A stretch of DNA of 64,000 nt, taken from contig CAVPAN010000016.1 of assembly GCA_963701565.1 (NCBI GenBank), positions 129,272 to 193,271 on the forward strand. Reading direction: 5' to 3'. The position numbers and the translations under genes were made by a program. Positions 63,549-64,000 of this stretch are shown in pieces; the first letter of the stretch is position 1, and each line of letters opens with the position of its first letter. The notes under the pieces are model-generated. The model was not told where the DNA came from and did not search any database. It saw nothing but the letters and a program-made list of their open reading frames with translations. The stretch comes from an uncultured Microthrixaceae bacterium (GTDB lineage Bacteria > Actinomycetota > Acidimicrobiia > Acidimicrobiales > DATDAH01).

Positions 63549-64000
63549 ATGACCAGGATCCCGACCTCGATGCGGGCCGTCGTGCTCGACGCGCCGGGAC
63601 CGCCCGAGGCGTTGCAGATCCGCGAGGTACCGGTGGCGCGGCCCGACCGGGGCCAGCTCCTGATCAAGGTCGAAGCGTTCGGGCTCAACCGTTCGAGCTC
63701 CACACGCGGCTCGGCCTCGCGGAGGGGGTGACGTTTCCTCGTGTCCTGGGCATCGAGGCGGTCGGCACAGTCGTGAGCTGTCCCGGTGGCGAGCTCGCCC
63801 CGGGCTCGCAGGTCGCGGCGTTGATGGGCGGCATGGGCCGCACGTTCGACGGCGGCTATGGCGAGTACACCTGCGTGCCCGTTCGCCAGACCATTCCGTT
63901 CACGAGCGATCTCGATTGGGCCACGCTCGGTGCCGTACCCGAGATGCTGCAGACATCGTACGGTTCGCTCACGATCGGCCTCGACGCCCGACCCGGCCAG
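63549..64000 (+). CDS. zinc-binding/quinone oxidoreductase (MDR family), 3'-partial, frameshifted
   Basis: MRAVVLDAPGPPEAL, FGLNRS, PRVLGIEAVG, GGMGRTFDGGYGEY. Confidence 0.85.

Noticed and set aside
829-63720. Mass pseudogenisation or programmed frameshifting
   Set aside because: Single-base indels are scattered through otherwise intact genes of all types, which fits uncorrected long-read errors better; cannot be settled without reads

Overview
Very GC-rich actinobacterial DNA; gene content suggests Acidimicrobiia (inference). Many genes carry 1-bp frameshifts, most likely long-read assembly errors. The first ~43 kb are mostly ordinary metabolic, regulatory and cell-surface genes, including a c-di-GMP locus with an HD-GYP/cadherin-repeat fusion and three secreted proteins that share an unnamed ~140-aa domain. 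The main discovery is in the last ~20 kb. Five minus-strand copies of the 3' half of tRNA-Val(CAC) (~44721, 53847, 56291, 58366, 60933) divide the region into 2-9 kb cassettes. The better-preserved copies carry a conserved attP-like flank with 10-bp-period TGACC repeats starting 64 bp from the core, and two copies also have 11-bp-period GTGGTCT pairs. No integrase is recognisable in the window. Several cassettes carry paralogous ECF sigma factors with membrane partners whose extracellular domains differ. This looks like an integron-like tandem array of tRNA-targeted islets. One cassette also holds a SARP/NB-ARC/BMP regulator divergent from a 7x29-aa repeat protein.
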